64,000 nucleotides of DNA from Candidatus Omnitrophota bacterium (GTDB lineage Bacteria > Omnitrophota > Omnitrophia > Omnitrophales > Aquincolibacteriaceae), in assembly GCA_016196545.1 (NCBI GenBank), contig JACPXM010000020.1:74626-138625 (forward strand). The letters are read 5' to 3'. Every line of letters starts with the position of its first letter. Position 1 is the stretch's first letter. The notes beneath the pieces are model-generated. The model was not told where the DNA came from and did not search any database. It worked only from the letters and a program-made list of their open reading frames with translations. Shown here piece after piece: positions 8,926-18,821 of the stretch. Position numbers and translations under genes: made by a program.

Positions 8926-9975
8926 ATGGATATTAATCTTCCGAATGAAGGCTTACCAAAGCTTCCAAAATTTAGCAGCACCAATTGGCTTATCCTTTTT
9001 GTCATTGTGCTCAGTTTTTCCGCCGCCGGAAGCTTGTTTTATCAGGTTGGACCGGATGAAGTGGGGGTGGTGCAGCGATTTGGCAAATACGTGCGTACGG
9101 CTTCTCCCGGACTTCGCATGAAAATCCCCTTTTATATGGAAACCGTGCGCAATGTGAAAGTGACACACGTTTTTAAGGAAGAATTTGGATTTCGTACCGT
9201 GGCGCCCGGCGTCCGAACGGTTTATGCGGGCCGAGAAGGCTATCCCGGCCAAGGGACCATGCGCATGCAGCGCCAGTTTCAGGGTGGGGGCGATCCCTTT
9301 TTGGAAGAATCCCTCATGCTGACGGGGGATTTGAATATGGCGGTTGTGGAGTGGATTGTTCAATACACCGTCAATGACCCCGTGAAATATGCGTTCCGGG
9401 TGCGCAATCCCGGTGAGACCATTCGCAATATGTCTGAGGCCGTGATGCGGCTTGTAATCGGCGACCACACGATTAATGAAGTGCTCACCTCGGGTCGCGT
9501 GGAAATTCAGCAGGAAGCAGAGAAAAAACTTCAGGAGCTTTTAAACGAATACGAAGCTGGCATCGCGATACGCAATGTCATCCTACAAGATGTAACGCCG
9601 CCCAATGAAGTGAAACCTTCGTTCAATGAAGTTAATGAGGCCCGTCAGGAAAAAGAAAAAGTGATTAATCAGGCGTGGGAAGAATACAACCGCGTCATCC
9701 CCAAGGCCAAAGGCCAGGCCGATCAAGTCTTGCGCGAAGCGGAGGGCTATGCCCTTGAGCGAATCAATCGTGCGAAGGGGGACGCCGAACGTTTTAACGT
9801 CACCTTGCAGGCCTACAAAACCGCGCCGCTTGTCACCAAGCGCAGGCTCTACATTGAAATGATGGATAAAGTGCTACCTGCGGTGGAGGACAAGATTTTT
9901 ATCGATGAGGCCCAAAAAGGGATTTTACCCTTCCTCAATTTAGAGCCTCATAAAGACGGAGGGAAAGAGTCATGA
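8926..9975 (+). CDS. hflK: FtsH protease modulator HflK (SPFH/band-7)
   Basis: N-terminal TM helix and an SPFH domain ('VGPDEVGVVQRFGKY', 'NVILQDVTPP'). Followed by an overlapping hflC. Confidence 0.9.
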   Translation: MDINLPNEGLPKLPKFSSTNWLILFVIVLSFSAAGSLFYQVGPDEVGVVQRFGKYVRTASPGLRMKIPFYMETVRNVKVTHVFKEEFGFRTVAPGVRTVYAGREGYPGQGTMRMQRQFQGGGDPFLEESLMLTGDLNMAVVEWIVQYTVNDPVKYAFRVRNPGETIRNMSEAVMRLVIGDHTINEVLTSGRVEIQQEAEKKLQELLNEYEAGIAIRNVILQDVTPPNEVKPSFNEVNEARQEKEKVINQAWEEYNRVIPKAKGQADQVLREAEGYALERINRAKGDAERFNVTLQAYKTAPLVTKRRLYIEMMDKVLPAVEDKIFIDEAQKGILPFLNLEPHKDGGKES

Positions 9976-10907
9976 AACAGGGAATCGCGGGATTATTGAT
10001 TGTTCTTCTTTCGCTTTCGGGTCTTACCCTCATCAACTGTGCCTACACGGTGGATGAAACCGAACAGGTCGTGATCACTCAATTTGGGGAACCTGTCACG
10101 CAGCCCATTTCCACGCCCGGCCTTCATTGGAAGGCACCGTGGTGGAAGGTCCATAAATTCGATAAGCGCATCTTAAACTGGGACGGCTATCCTTCCGAAG
10201 TGCCGACGCGCGACAAAAAATTTATCTGGGTCGATGTTACGGGCCGCTGGCGCATTGACGACCCGCTTCAGTTTTTGCAGACCATGCATAATGAACTCAA
10301 TGCCCAAACCCGCCTGGATGACATTATGGACGGCGTAACGCGCAATTACATCACACGCTACAATCTCGTGGATATTGTCCGAACCTCTAACCGTATTTTA
10401 GAAGTCAAACCGGAAGACGCGGGGGATATTGCCGCCGAAACAGATTATGACAAAATTGAAATCGGCCGGGACGCCATCACCCGCGAAATTTTGGAGACGG
10501 CCAAAAAAATTCTTTCCGAATATGGCATTAAACTGATTGACCTTCGGATCAAGCGAATCAATTACATTGAAAACGTGCGCATCAAGGTTTTTGAGCGAAT
10601 GATCTCGGAGCGCAAACGTGCGGCCGAACAACTGCGTTCCGAAGGCCAGGGCGTGCGCGCCGAAGTCGAAGGTCAAAAGGACAAAGAGCTCAAACGCATT
10701 CAATCCGAGGCCTACCGCGAGGTCCAAAAAATCCGTGGGCAAGCCGACGCCGAATCCACCCAGACTTACGGCCAAGCTTATTCCCAAGATCCGGAATTTT
10801 TCGCTTATATGTCGACCCTGGAAAAATATCCGGCCGCGATTCGAAATGGCCGACTCGTTTTGACCACGGAAAGCGATTTTCTAAAATACCTGAAGAAAGC
10901 CGAGTGA
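9972..10907 (+). CDS. hflC: FtsH protease modulator HflC (SPFH/band-7)
   Basis: ATGA overlap with hflK. N-terminal TM helix. 'YTVDETEQVVITQFGEP' and 'LIDLRIKRINY' fit the SPFH pattern. Confidence 0.9.
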   Translation: MKQGIAGLLIVLLSLSGLTLINCAYTVDETEQVVITQFGEPVTQPISTPGLHWKAPWWKVHKFDKRILNWDGYPSEVPTRDKKFIWVDVTGRWRIDDPLQFLQTMHNELNAQTRLDDIMDGVTRNYITRYNLVDIVRTSNRILEVKPEDAGDIAAETDYDKIEIGRDAITREILETAKKILSEYGIKLIDLRIKRINYIENVRIKVFERMISERKRAAEQLRSEGQGVRAEVEGQKDKELKRIQSEAYREVQKIRGQADAESTQTYGQAYSQDPEFFAYMSTLEKYPAAIRNGRLVLTTESDFLKYLKKAE

Positions 10908-10913
10908 GTGTGA

Positions 10914-12239
10914 TTGCGCACCTTCGAAAGTCCTTTTTCGCCTTGGGATTTATTTAAGGCCCTTTACGGAAATTCTGATTCCTCTTTTTTTCTGGATTCT
11001 GCGGGCTCGCCCGCCAAGGGGCCCGCTTACTCTTATTTAGGCGCCCACCCCTTTGCGGAACTCCGAATGGATCGGGACGGCCTTTTTTTAAAGGAGGGCC
11101 GCCGGCAAAGACAATACCCCGTTTCGAAACTGAGCGGGCTCCTTCGAAGTCTTTTAAAAAAGTACCGTCCAAAAAAAAGATCACGCCTTCCATTTTTTTC
11201 CGGAGGAGCGGTCGGATTTCTTGGCTATGAGATGGCCGCCTTCTTTGAAAAGAAGGTGCGGTTCAGAAAAAAACCCAAACCTCAAACACCCTTCCTTTAT
11301 TTTGGTTTTTACCGGGACTTGATCGTTTACGATCATCGCAAAAAAAAGTATTTTGAACTCGGGTCAAGGCGCCGGCCTTTAATTACCGGGACCCTCGAGG
11401 TTAAAAATGAGCGCTTTCATGTCCACAGATTCCACGCGGAAATGAGCGAAGGGCAGTTTAAGGGAATGATCACCAAGGCCAAACGTTTCATTAAAGCCGG
11501 CGACATTTATCAATCGAATCTTTCCCAGCGATTCTCCTTTGAGTTCAGCGGTTCCCCCTTGGCTCTTTATGAACAGTCGCGCGAAATTAATCCCTCCCCG
11601 TTTGCCGCGTATTTGAGTTTGGGCGATTTGAAACTGATTTCCAATTCCCCCGAGAGGCTGGTCTCAAAAAGGAACCGGCTTTGTGAAACAAAACCCATCG
11701 CGGGAACGAAGCCTATCGGGGTCTCTCCCAAGGCCCTCAAATTGAATCCCAAAGAGCGTGCGGAACATATTATGCTCGTCGACCTGGAACGCAATGACTT
11801 AGGCCGGGTTTGCGATTACCATTCGATCCGCGTCAAGGAATTGATGAAAATTGAAAAATATTCGCATCTCATGCATCTTGTCTCAACCCTCACGGGAACA
11901 CTTAAAAAAAATTGCGACGGCTGGGATCTTCTCAGAGCCGTATTCCCCGGCGGGACCATCACGGGATGTCCTAAAATACGCTGTATGGAAATTATTGATG
12001 AGCTGGAGCCCGTGGGCCGTGGGCTTTACACGGGCTCCCTGGGTTATTTCGGTTTTGACGGCGACTTGGATTTTAATATTGTGATTCGCACCCTGATTCT
12101 AAAAAGGAATAGGGGATGGCTACAGGTCGGTGCCGGGATTGTCCAGGATTCCGACCCACGGCTGGAGTATGAGGAGACCCTCCACAAAGGTGAGGCGCTT
12201 TGTGAAGCGCTCGTCCGGGCAAGCGTTGAAAAGGGATGA
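10914..12239 (+). CDS. pabB: aminodeoxychorismate synthase component I (chorismate-binding enzyme)
   Basis: 'PGGTITGCPKIRCMEIIDELE' and 'RGLYTGSLGYF' are chorismate-binding motifs. TTG start (the in-frame codon before it is a stop). Called pabB rather than trpE because of the overlapping class-IV aminotransferase. Confidence 0.8.
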   Translation: MRTFESPFSPWDLFKALYGNSDSSFFLDSAGSPAKGPAYSYLGAHPFAELRMDRDGLFLKEGRRQRQYPVSKLSGLLRSLLKKYRPKKRSRLPFFSGGAVGFLGYEMAAFFEKKVRFRKKPKPQTPFLYFGFYRDLIVYDHRKKKYFELGSRRRPLITGTLEVKNERFHVHRFHAEMSEGQFKGMITKAKRFIKAGDIYQSNLSQRFSFEFSGSPLALYEQSREINPSPFAAYLSLGDLKLISNSPERLVSKRNRLCETKPIAGTKPIGVSPKALKLNPKERAEHIMLVDLERNDLGRVCDYHSIRVKELMKIEKYSHLMHLVSTLTGTLKKNCDGWDLLRAVFPGGTITGCPKIRCMEIIDELEPVGRGLYTGSLGYFGFDGDLDFNIVIRTLILKRNRGWLQVGAGIVQDSDPRLEYEETLHKGEALCEALVRASVEKG

Positions 12240-13042
12240 CGACTAAAGTATTAAAAATTAAAAACAAGATGGCATTCAGGATATTTTCAGAAAATTCAAT
12301 TGGAATTTTTGAGACCCTGCGTGCCTATCACGGAAAAATTTTCCGGCTCCAGACCCATCTTGAAAGATTGGAGGAAAGCGCAAAAACGGCCGGTGTTGCA
12401 TTGCCCTTCAATCGGGTATTTTTGGGAAAAAAAATTCAAGCGGGTTTAAAAACGCATTCCCACGCCCTTTCGATTCGAGTAACCCTGTTCGGAGGCGAAA
12501 TTCTTATTCATTACAACGTCCGGACGCTCCCCGCTTTGCTTTCTAAAAAGGGTGTTGATTTAAAAACCTCCCCGGTGCAAAGAAATCTTGCGAATGCAGT
12601 TCCTTCGCAGGTCAAAACCAGTGATTATCAAAATCCCCTTTTGGCGACCTTAGAACCCGGCGCCTTATTTGATTGGGTCTTATTGGATAAGAATGGATTT
12701 GTGACCGAGGTGAGGACGGGGAATATTTTTGTCGTTCAAAAAGAAAAGGGAAGGCATCGGGCGCCCCTCCTTGTGACACCGCCTTCCCATGGAATCTTAA
12801 ATGGAGTGACGCGCCGGGTTGTGATAGAATGTGCCCGCGAAGCCGGAATGAAGGTCCAGGAAAGACCTCTCATGCGCCACGAGGTTTACAATGCGGCGGA
12901 AGCCTTTTTAACGAACACCTCTTGGGAAATTCTTCCCATCCGGTCACTCGACCAAAGAAAAATCGGTTTATGCTTACCCGGCAGGATAACAGTCCAACTT
13001 CAGCAACGTTACAAAAAAAAGGTGCAGCGGGAATGCCGTTAA
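12236..13042 (+). CDS. pabC: aminodeoxychorismate lyase / class IV aminotransferase
   Basis: ATGA overlap with pabB. 'GILNGVTRRVV' and 'AAEAFLTNTSWEILPI' fit fold-type IV PLP enzymes. Confidence 0.75.
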   Translation: MTTKVLKIKNKMAFRIFSENSIGIFETLRAYHGKIFRLQTHLERLEESAKTAGVALPFNRVFLGKKIQAGLKTHSHALSIRVTLFGGEILIHYNVRTLPALLSKKGVDLKTSPVQRNLANAVPSQVKTSDYQNPLLATLEPGALFDWVLLDKNGFVTEVRTGNIFVVQKEKGRHRAPLLVTPPSHGILNGVTRRVVIECAREAGMKVQERPLMRHEVYNAAEAFLTNTSWEILPIRSLDQRKIGLCLPGRITVQLQQRYKKKVQRECR

Positions 13043-14652
13043 GAACCATTCATCGGGCGTTAATTAGTGTTTCAGATAAAACGGGGATTCTCGACTTTGC
13101 CCGGCTTCTCCACGGGCTGGGAATTGAAATTCTTTCAACCGGAGGAACCCTCAAAACACTCAAGGCGGGGGGAATTCCTACCACGCCGGTCGAATCCTTC
13201 ACGGGCTTTCCTGAAATACTGGAGGGGCGCGTTAAGACCCTTCACCCCAAAATTCACGGAGGACTTCTCTACCGACGCGATAGAAGCACTCATGTCCAAG
13301 AAGCAAAAAAGCATGGCATTCAGCCGATTGATCTTGTCATTGTCAATCTTTATCCCTTTAAACAAGTCGTGGAGGCCAGGCCCGCGGTGTCTCTGGAGGA
13401 GGCCATCGAAAATATCGATATCGGTGGGCCTTCCATGCTGCGTTCCGCGGCTAAGAATTTTGATGCGGTGACCGTGATTTGCGATCCCGCAGATTACGAA
13501 GAAATCGCGGGCGAGCTCAAAGAGCATAGCGGAAAAATTTCGGAAAAAAGCCGCAAACGGCTTGCCCTTAAGGTCTTTGAGAGAACCGCGGCCTACGATA
13601 AGGCCATTGCGGCTTATTTAAGAAGCGAGCCCAATTACGATCAAGGGTCGAAGTTAGCGCGTCCGATTCCGGGCGAAGAAGCGCTGCCGCTTCCGGATCA
13701 ACTCTCATTTTCCCTCATAAAAGCCAACGATCTGCGTTACGGTGAAAATCCCCATCAGCGTTCCGCACTTTATTTTCCCCTATCGGCTGTCAAGCCCGCG
13801 TTTGAAACTTTGCATGGCAAAGAGCTTTCTTACAATAATTTTCTTGATATCGAAGCGGCTTCGGATGTGTTGCTCGAATTTCCAAAGCCTGCGGCCTGCG
13901 TCATCAAGCATTCCAATCCTTGCGGAATTGCCGAGGCTCCCTCCATTTCGGAGGCGCTCGACAAAGCCATTGAATGCGACTTGATGTCCGCGTTCGGAGG
14001 GATTGTGGGGGTGAATCAGCCTTGCGATCTTGAGACCGCAAAATTGGCTTTCGATCGGCTTTCCTTTTTTGAAGTTTTTGTGGCGCCCTCCTTTGAGCCT
14101 GCCGCCCTGCGTTTGTTAAAAACCCGAAAAAATCTCCGCTTAATTGCGTTTACCGACGGACTTGACGCTTCTCTTATGAAAAAGCCTTGGGACATAAAAT
14201 TTTTGCGAACCGGGATTCTTTTACAAGACAAAAACCTGCCGTTGGGGAATTCCGGAAAGATGAAAAGTAAAATTCATTTTGTCACCAAAATCAAATTGGA
14301 AGAAAAAGAAATGGAGCCACTCCTTTTTGCCTGGCGATGCGTCAAACAGGTAAAGTCCAATGCCATTGTTTTGACACAAGGCTTTCAAACTGTCGGGATC
14401 GGCGCGGGCCAAATGTCCCGGGTGGATTCCGTGGACATCGCATGCCGCAAGGCGGGCTACCGTACCGACGGCGCCTTCCTTGCCAGTGACGCCTTCTTTC
14501 CCATGCCGGACTCCATTGAAATTGCGGCGGACCATAAAATCCGGGCGATTATTCAACCGGGAGGTTCCCTTCGGGATGCGGATGTGATTGCGGCCTGCGA
14601 CCGCTTTGGGATTGCAATGGCCTTTACCGGCGAAAGACACTTTAGACATTAG
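13033..14652 (+). CDS. purH: bifunctional AICAR transformylase / IMP cyclohydrolase
   Basis: 'RALISVSDKTGI', 'KTLHPKIHGG', 'GIGAGQMSRVDS', 'IIQPGGSLRD', ends 'ERHFRH'. The true ATG at 13033 overlaps the pabC stop. ORF-track start 12829 is an upstream extension inside pabC. Confidence 0.93.
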   Translation: MPLRTIHRALISVSDKTGILDFARLLHGLGIEILSTGGTLKTLKAGGIPTTPVESFTGFPEILEGRVKTLHPKIHGGLLYRRDRSTHVQEAKKHGIQPIDLVIVNLYPFKQVVEARPAVSLEEAIENIDIGGPSMLRSAAKNFDAVTVICDPADYEEIAGELKEHSGKISEKSRKRLALKVFERTAAYDKAIAAYLRSEPNYDQGSKLARPIPGEEALPLPDQLSFSLIKANDLRYGENPHQRSALYFPLSAVKPAFETLHGKELSYNNFLDIEAASDVLLEFPKPAACVIKHSNPCGIAEAPSISEALDKAIECDLMSAFGGIVGVNQPCDLETAKLAFDRLSFFEVFVAPSFEPAALRLLKTRKNLRLIAFTDGLDASLMKKPWDIKFLRTGILLQDKNLPLGNSGKMKSKIHFVTKIKLEEKEMEPLLFAWRCVKQVKSNAIVLTQGFQTVGIGAGQMSRVDSVDIACRKAGYRTDGAFLASDAFFPMPDSIEIAADHKIRAIIQPGGSLRDADVIAACDRFGIAMAFTGERHFRH

Positions 14653-14714
14653 TGAAACTTTTATGCTTTACGGATTTTACAGACCGCTTACCTCTTAACG
14701 CTTAACGCTGGTTC

Positions 14715-15977
14715 ATGCAATACTCCGCTTCTCTTCGCTACCTCAATTCCTTTCTAAATCTTGAGCGGATCATCGCTTCTTCCAAAAATCGCCGCTGGAA
14801 TCTTGATCGGATGCGGTTTCTTTTAACTTTATTCGGGCATCCCGAGAAAGCCTTTTATTCCGTAGTGATTGCCGGCACGAAAGGGAAGGGGTCGACGGGA
14901 TTTTTTTTAGAATCAATGCTTAAAGAAAGCGGCCTGCGAACTGGATTTTATTCTTCGCCGCATCTGACCGATCCCCGGGAGCGCATCCGGCTTAACGGAA
15001 AAATAATTTCGAAATCGATATGGACGCACGGGCTTGGTGAAATACATTCAGTTTTAAATCCAAGCAAAATTCCAGGCTCGCTGGGGGCGTTTACCTATTT
15101 TGAAATTTTAACGCTTCTGGCCGTTCTTGTTTTTCGAAGAGAAAAAATTCGAATTGGCATTTTTGAAGTGGGAATGGGAGGGCGGCTCGATGCCACGCGG
15201 CTTGTGAATGCCGAACTCGCCGTCATCACACCGATTGCCTTGGATCATCAGGCGTTTTTGGGAAATACCGTTGCCAAAATTGCGCATGAAAAAGCCGCCG
15301 TCATTGGAAAGGGCGCAACGGTGGTGATGGCTCCCCAACCGCGCGAGGCGCTTTGGGAAATCAAGAAAAGGATTCAACAACAAAAAGCACGGGCCGTTAA
15401 ATTTCAGCCCCTAGGGGCTGAAATGTCAGTGGGCCTCCTCGGAGATTTTCAGAGAATCAACGCGGCTGTTGCCTTAAGAGCCGCTCAAGCTCTGAAAGAA
15501 AAATTTCAGTTTCGTTTGACGGCTAAAAGTATCCTCAAGGGACTCCAGGCCAAAAATTGGCCTGGGCGAATGGAGCTTGTGGGCAGGGCCCCAGCCGTAT
15601 TAATTGACGGCGCCCATAATCCGGTTTCGATCGAAGCGCTTGTGAGAAATTTAAAGCGGGTGTATTCTCAAAAGCCGCGGGTTGTGATTTTTGCCGTTTC
15701 CCGGGACAAGGATTCCAAACAAATGCTTCAAATTTTGAGCCGTTATTTTAAATCGATTGTTTTGACGCGATTCGAGGGTCCTCGTTCGCAGGATTTGTCC
15801 TTATTGTCGGCCCAGGCGACCCCCTATTTTTGGCAAATATTTCTCAGCCAAAACTCGCTTGAAGCATTGCGTCTTGCGAAGAAATTGATTCCGCCTCGGG
15901 GACTGATTGTAGCCACGGGGTCCTTTTATTTGGCGGGGGAAATAAGCCGTTTCCAGAAGGGTCGCAAAAATGGCTGA
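14715..15977 (+). CDS. folC: dihydrofolate synthase / folylpolyglutamate synthase
   Basis: Mur-ligase P-loop 'VIAGTKGKGST' and the 'DGAHNP' motif. Confidence 0.9.
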   Translation: MQYSASLRYLNSFLNLERIIASSKNRRWNLDRMRFLLTLFGHPEKAFYSVVIAGTKGKGSTGFFLESMLKESGLRTGFYSSPHLTDPRERIRLNGKIISKSIWTHGLGEIHSVLNPSKIPGSLGAFTYFEILTLLAVLVFRREKIRIGIFEVGMGGRLDATRLVNAELAVITPIALDHQAFLGNTVAKIAHEKAAVIGKGATVVMAPQPREALWEIKKRIQQQKARAVKFQPLGAEMSVGLLGDFQRINAAVALRAAQALKEKFQFRLTAKSILKGLQAKNWPGRMELVGRAPAVLIDGAHNPVSIEALVRNLKRVYSQKPRVVIFAVSRDKDSKQMLQILSRYFKSIVLTRFEGPRSQDLSLLSAQATPYFWQIFLSQNSLEALRLAKKLIPPRGLIVATGSFYLAGEISRFQKGRKNG

Positions 15978-17370
15978 ATTAAGGATGGAAGACACCATCG
16001 CAGCGCTTGCGACCCCTCCCGGGGAAGGGGCATTAGCCATTCTTCGATTAAGCGGGCCATCAACTTTTCAGATTTTGGAGCAAATTTTCCATCCTTCCAA
16101 GGGCGAAATTGCGGGTTTTCAAACACATTCCCTCCGTTTAGGAAATATTTGCGATCCCACGAGCGGTTTTCCCATTGATCACAGTGTCATTGGAATTTTT
16201 CGTGCGCCCCATTCTTACACCGGGGAAGATGTTGCAGAAATTTACTGCCACGGAGGGACGACCGTGACAAGGCGAATTCTGGAGGTGCTGCTGCGTTCGG
16301 GTGCAAGACATGCCGAGCCGGGAGAATTTACGCGTCGGGCCTTCCTGAATCACAAATTGGATTTGGTGCAGGCGGAGGCGGTTTTGGATTTGATCCGCTC
16401 GAAAAGTGACGGAGCCCTTCGTGTGGCATCACGTCAATTGGCGGGCGCGTTATCGGATAAATTTCATCAGCTCAAATCTTCCCTCATGAAACTGCTTGCC
16501 CATATCGAGGCCTATCTTGATTTTCCCGATGACGATATTGAAGTTTATTCCAGTGAGGATTTCAGGAGACAGTATCAAAGCCTTCAGGCGGAAATAAAGG
16601 CGCTTCGGGAAAGTTTTAGCCGCGGGGTCCTCTTAAGGGAGGGGGCTCTTGTGGCCATTACGGGAAAGCCCAATGTGGGGAAGTCTTCCTTATTTAATGC
16701 CCTGCTTAGCCGCGACAGGGCCCTTGTATCGACCTATGCCGGCACGACACGTGATGTATTGGAAGAGTCGCTGGAAATCGGGGGATGGAGGGTCCGCCTT
16801 ATGGATACCGCAGGACTTTGCTCGGAGGCTGTCCATCCGCTCGATGCCCTGGGAATGAATAAAACTCGTTCGGTACTTGAGGGGGCAGATATTTTCTTTT
16901 ATCTCATAGACGGCTCTTCTGCCCTTGAGGCGGCGGACCGCCGGATTTTTCAAGAAATCATATCCCTGGGAAAAACTGTCATGATTTTGGTGAATAAGGC
17001 GGATTTAGGGCTTCAGGCGGATCTTGCCTGGCTTCAATCTTTCAGCGGGGGTGCGGCGGGACTCTTGAGAATCTCAGCTAAAACCGGTGAGGGGATCGAA
17101 AAGCTCCACGGGCATTTGCTGAAAATCATTCAAGAGCACGTGGGAGTTTCAGAGGGAGAACAAATTACCAGGATACGTCATAAAGATGCCCTCCAAAAAG
17201 CGAGCGAGGCCCTTCATCGATCGCAGCGGGCCTTGGAGGAAAGAAAATCGCTAGAATTTGTCGCGTTGGACCTTAAGGCAGCCTTGGATGAAATGCGCGA
17301 GCTTGTGGGTGAAATTTATTCGGAAGATCTCCTGGATGTCATCTTTTCTGAATTCTGCATCGGGAAATAA
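15970..17370 (+). CDS. mnmE: tRNA uridine-5-carboxymethylaminomethyl modification GTPase
   Basis: 8-nt overlap with folC. G1 'GKPNVGKSSLFNAL', G3 'DTAG', G4 'NKAD', C-terminal 'FCIGK'. Confidence 0.93.
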   Translation: MAELRMEDTIAALATPPGEGALAILRLSGPSTFQILEQIFHPSKGEIAGFQTHSLRLGNICDPTSGFPIDHSVIGIFRAPHSYTGEDVAEIYCHGGTTVTRRILEVLLRSGARHAEPGEFTRRAFLNHKLDLVQAEAVLDLIRSKSDGALRVASRQLAGALSDKFHQLKSSLMKLLAHIEAYLDFPDDDIEVYSSEDFRRQYQSLQAEIKALRESFSRGVLLREGALVAITGKPNVGKSSLFNALLSRDRALVSTYAGTTRDVLEESLEIGGWRVRLMDTAGLCSEAVHPLDALGMNKTRSVLEGADIFFYLIDGSSALEAADRRIFQEIISLGKTVMILVNKADLGLQADLAWLQSFSGGAAGLLRISAKTGEGIEKLHGHLLKIIQEHVGVSEGEQITRIRHKDALQKASEALHRSQRALEERKSLEFVALDLKAALDEMRELVGEIYSEDLLDVIFSEFCIGK

Positions 17371-17389
17371 AATAGGGCACACTGAAGTC

Positions 17390-18577
17390 ATGACAAAAAT
17401 TCCTTTCCACTATCAAATCGTAGCCGGCATCTTCGGCGGAGTTATTTTCGGATTCCTCTTTCCGGATTTTGTTTTTTTGGCCAAACCTTTTGGTGTCATT
17501 TTCCTCAAGCTCCTCAAACTCATGGTGGTTCCGCTTATCTTTGTTTCTCTGGTGGACGGGATCACCCGCGTGGGTTCTGCAGAAAAACTTTCGGTGCTCG
17601 GAATACGCACCACGGTTTTTTATCTGGCAACCAACGGCCTTGCCGTGATCACGAGCCTTATTTTAGTCAACCTTATTCGGCCGGGGGACGGTGTAAAAAT
17701 ATTTGGCGATAAATCCGAAGCGATTCAAACGGTAGGGGGAATGCCGGATCTTATTCCACAGAATTTTTTTCAAGCCCTCGCCAAAGGCGATACGCTTCAA
17801 ATCATCTTTGTCGCGATATTATTCGGGGTGGGTCTGGTGGCGCTCAAGGAAAAGGGCAAAAGGCTTGCAGAATTATTCAGTGACCTTAACGAATGGATTT
17901 TAGTTCTTGTAGGATTCATGATGAAACTTGCACCTCTGGGTGTCTTCGGGCTCTTGGCGGGAATGGTGCAAGCCTTTGACTGGCAAGCAGTTATCGGCGT
18001 TGGAAAATTCGTCCTTACGTTGCTTTTAGGACTTTTGATTCACGGGGGAATAACCCTCCCGCTTTTTTTTAAAACGTTCTCAACGCGGCCGCTTAAGAAA
18101 TTCATAAGCGATATGGAACCTGCGCTTTTCACATCCTTTTCTACGTCTTCTTCCGCGGCCACGCTTCCCGTGACGATGGATTGCATTGAAAAACGCGCGA
18201 AAATTTCAAAAGATATCGCAGGTTTTGTTTTGCCGGTAGGCGCTACGGTGAACATGGATGGAACCGCAATGTATGAAGCCACCGCTTGTCTTTTTATGGC
18301 CCAAGCCCTTGGCATCGATTTAAGTTTGGGTCAGCAGCTCCTTGTTTTTTTCACCGCAGCCCTTGCGGCGATTGGCGCTGCCGCCATTCCCAGCGCAGGA
18401 CTTGTAACGCTTGCGATGGTTTTAACTGCGGTTCATCTTCCCCTGGAGGGGATTGGGTTTCTTCTTGCGATTGACCGTCCGCTGGACATGAGCCGGACCG
18501 TCGTCAATGTCTGGGGGGATATGGTGGCCTGTGCCGTGGTGGAAGGCTTGGAGAAGAAGGAAAAAAAGGATGCGTGA
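17390..18577 (+). CDS. dicarboxylate/amino acid:cation symporter (DAACS family)
   Basis: 'SFSTSSSAATLPVT' and 'VNMDGTAMYE' signature motifs in a multi-pass membrane protein. ATG 17390 gives the normal N-terminus. ORF-track start 17258 lies inside mnmE. Confidence 0.9.
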   Translation: MTKIPFHYQIVAGIFGGVIFGFLFPDFVFLAKPFGVIFLKLLKLMVVPLIFVSLVDGITRVGSAEKLSVLGIRTTVFYLATNGLAVITSLILVNLIRPGDGVKIFGDKSEAIQTVGGMPDLIPQNFFQALAKGDTLQIIFVAILFGVGLVALKEKGKRLAELFSDLNEWILVLVGFMMKLAPLGVFGLLAGMVQAFDWQAVIGVGKFVLTLLLGLLIHGGITLPLFFKTFSTRPLKKFISDMEPALFTSFSTSSSAATLPVTMDCIEKRAKISKDIAGFVLPVGATVNMDGTAMYEATACLFMAQALGIDLSLGQQLLVFFTAALAAIGAAAIPSAGLVTLAMVLTAVHLPLEGIGFLLAIDRPLDMSRTVVNVWGDMVACAVVEGLEKKEKKDA

Positions 18578-18607
18578 AAAATTTTTTAAAAAATTTATTT
18601 TTTTTGT

Positions 18608-18636
18608 TTGACAAGGAGTTCATTCAAGAATAAAAT
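18608..18636 (+). promoter_or_regulatory. sigma70-type promoter (consensus -35, 17-nt spacer, near-consensus -10)
   Basis: TTGACA (18608-18613), a 17-nt spacer, then TAAAAT (18631-18636). Preceded by a long A/T-only tract (18580-18607) resembling an UP element. Confidence 0.6.
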
Positions 18637-18642
18637 TCGTTC

Positions 18643-18821
18643 TCACTTGATGAAGAATTTGTTCTTTGAGTTTTTTTAGCGGTCGCTTTCAAAACGATTC
18701 ACGCGCAACCACCGGTGAGATGTTCATATTACGGATTGGACTCATGCAAGGTCATTGCAACTCACGCGTCACGATTCAATAGAGGATAGTCTCGAAAACA
18801 TTAGAGACTATCCTTTTTTTT
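18643..18821 (+). ncRNA. candidate small RNA or leader transcript, family unknown
   Basis: Bounded by the promoter at 18608-18636 and the intrinsic terminator at 18784-18821. No SD-preceded ORF. Only a 9-codon mini-ORF MKNLFFEFF (18650-18679). The 5' end is estimated. Confidence 0.35.
18784..18821 (+). terminator. rho-independent terminator
   Basis: GGATAGTCTC / 10-nt loop / GAGACTATCC followed by T8. Confidence 0.75.

Noticed and set aside
8953-9468. 171-aa ORF on the - strand
   Set aside because: It is antisense to hflK, whose SPFH domain is clear.
12829-13032. 68-codon N-terminal extension of purH in the ORF track
   Set aside because: It lies inside pabC in another frame. The canonical PurH N-terminus ('MPLRTIHRALISVSDKTGI') begins at ATG 13033.
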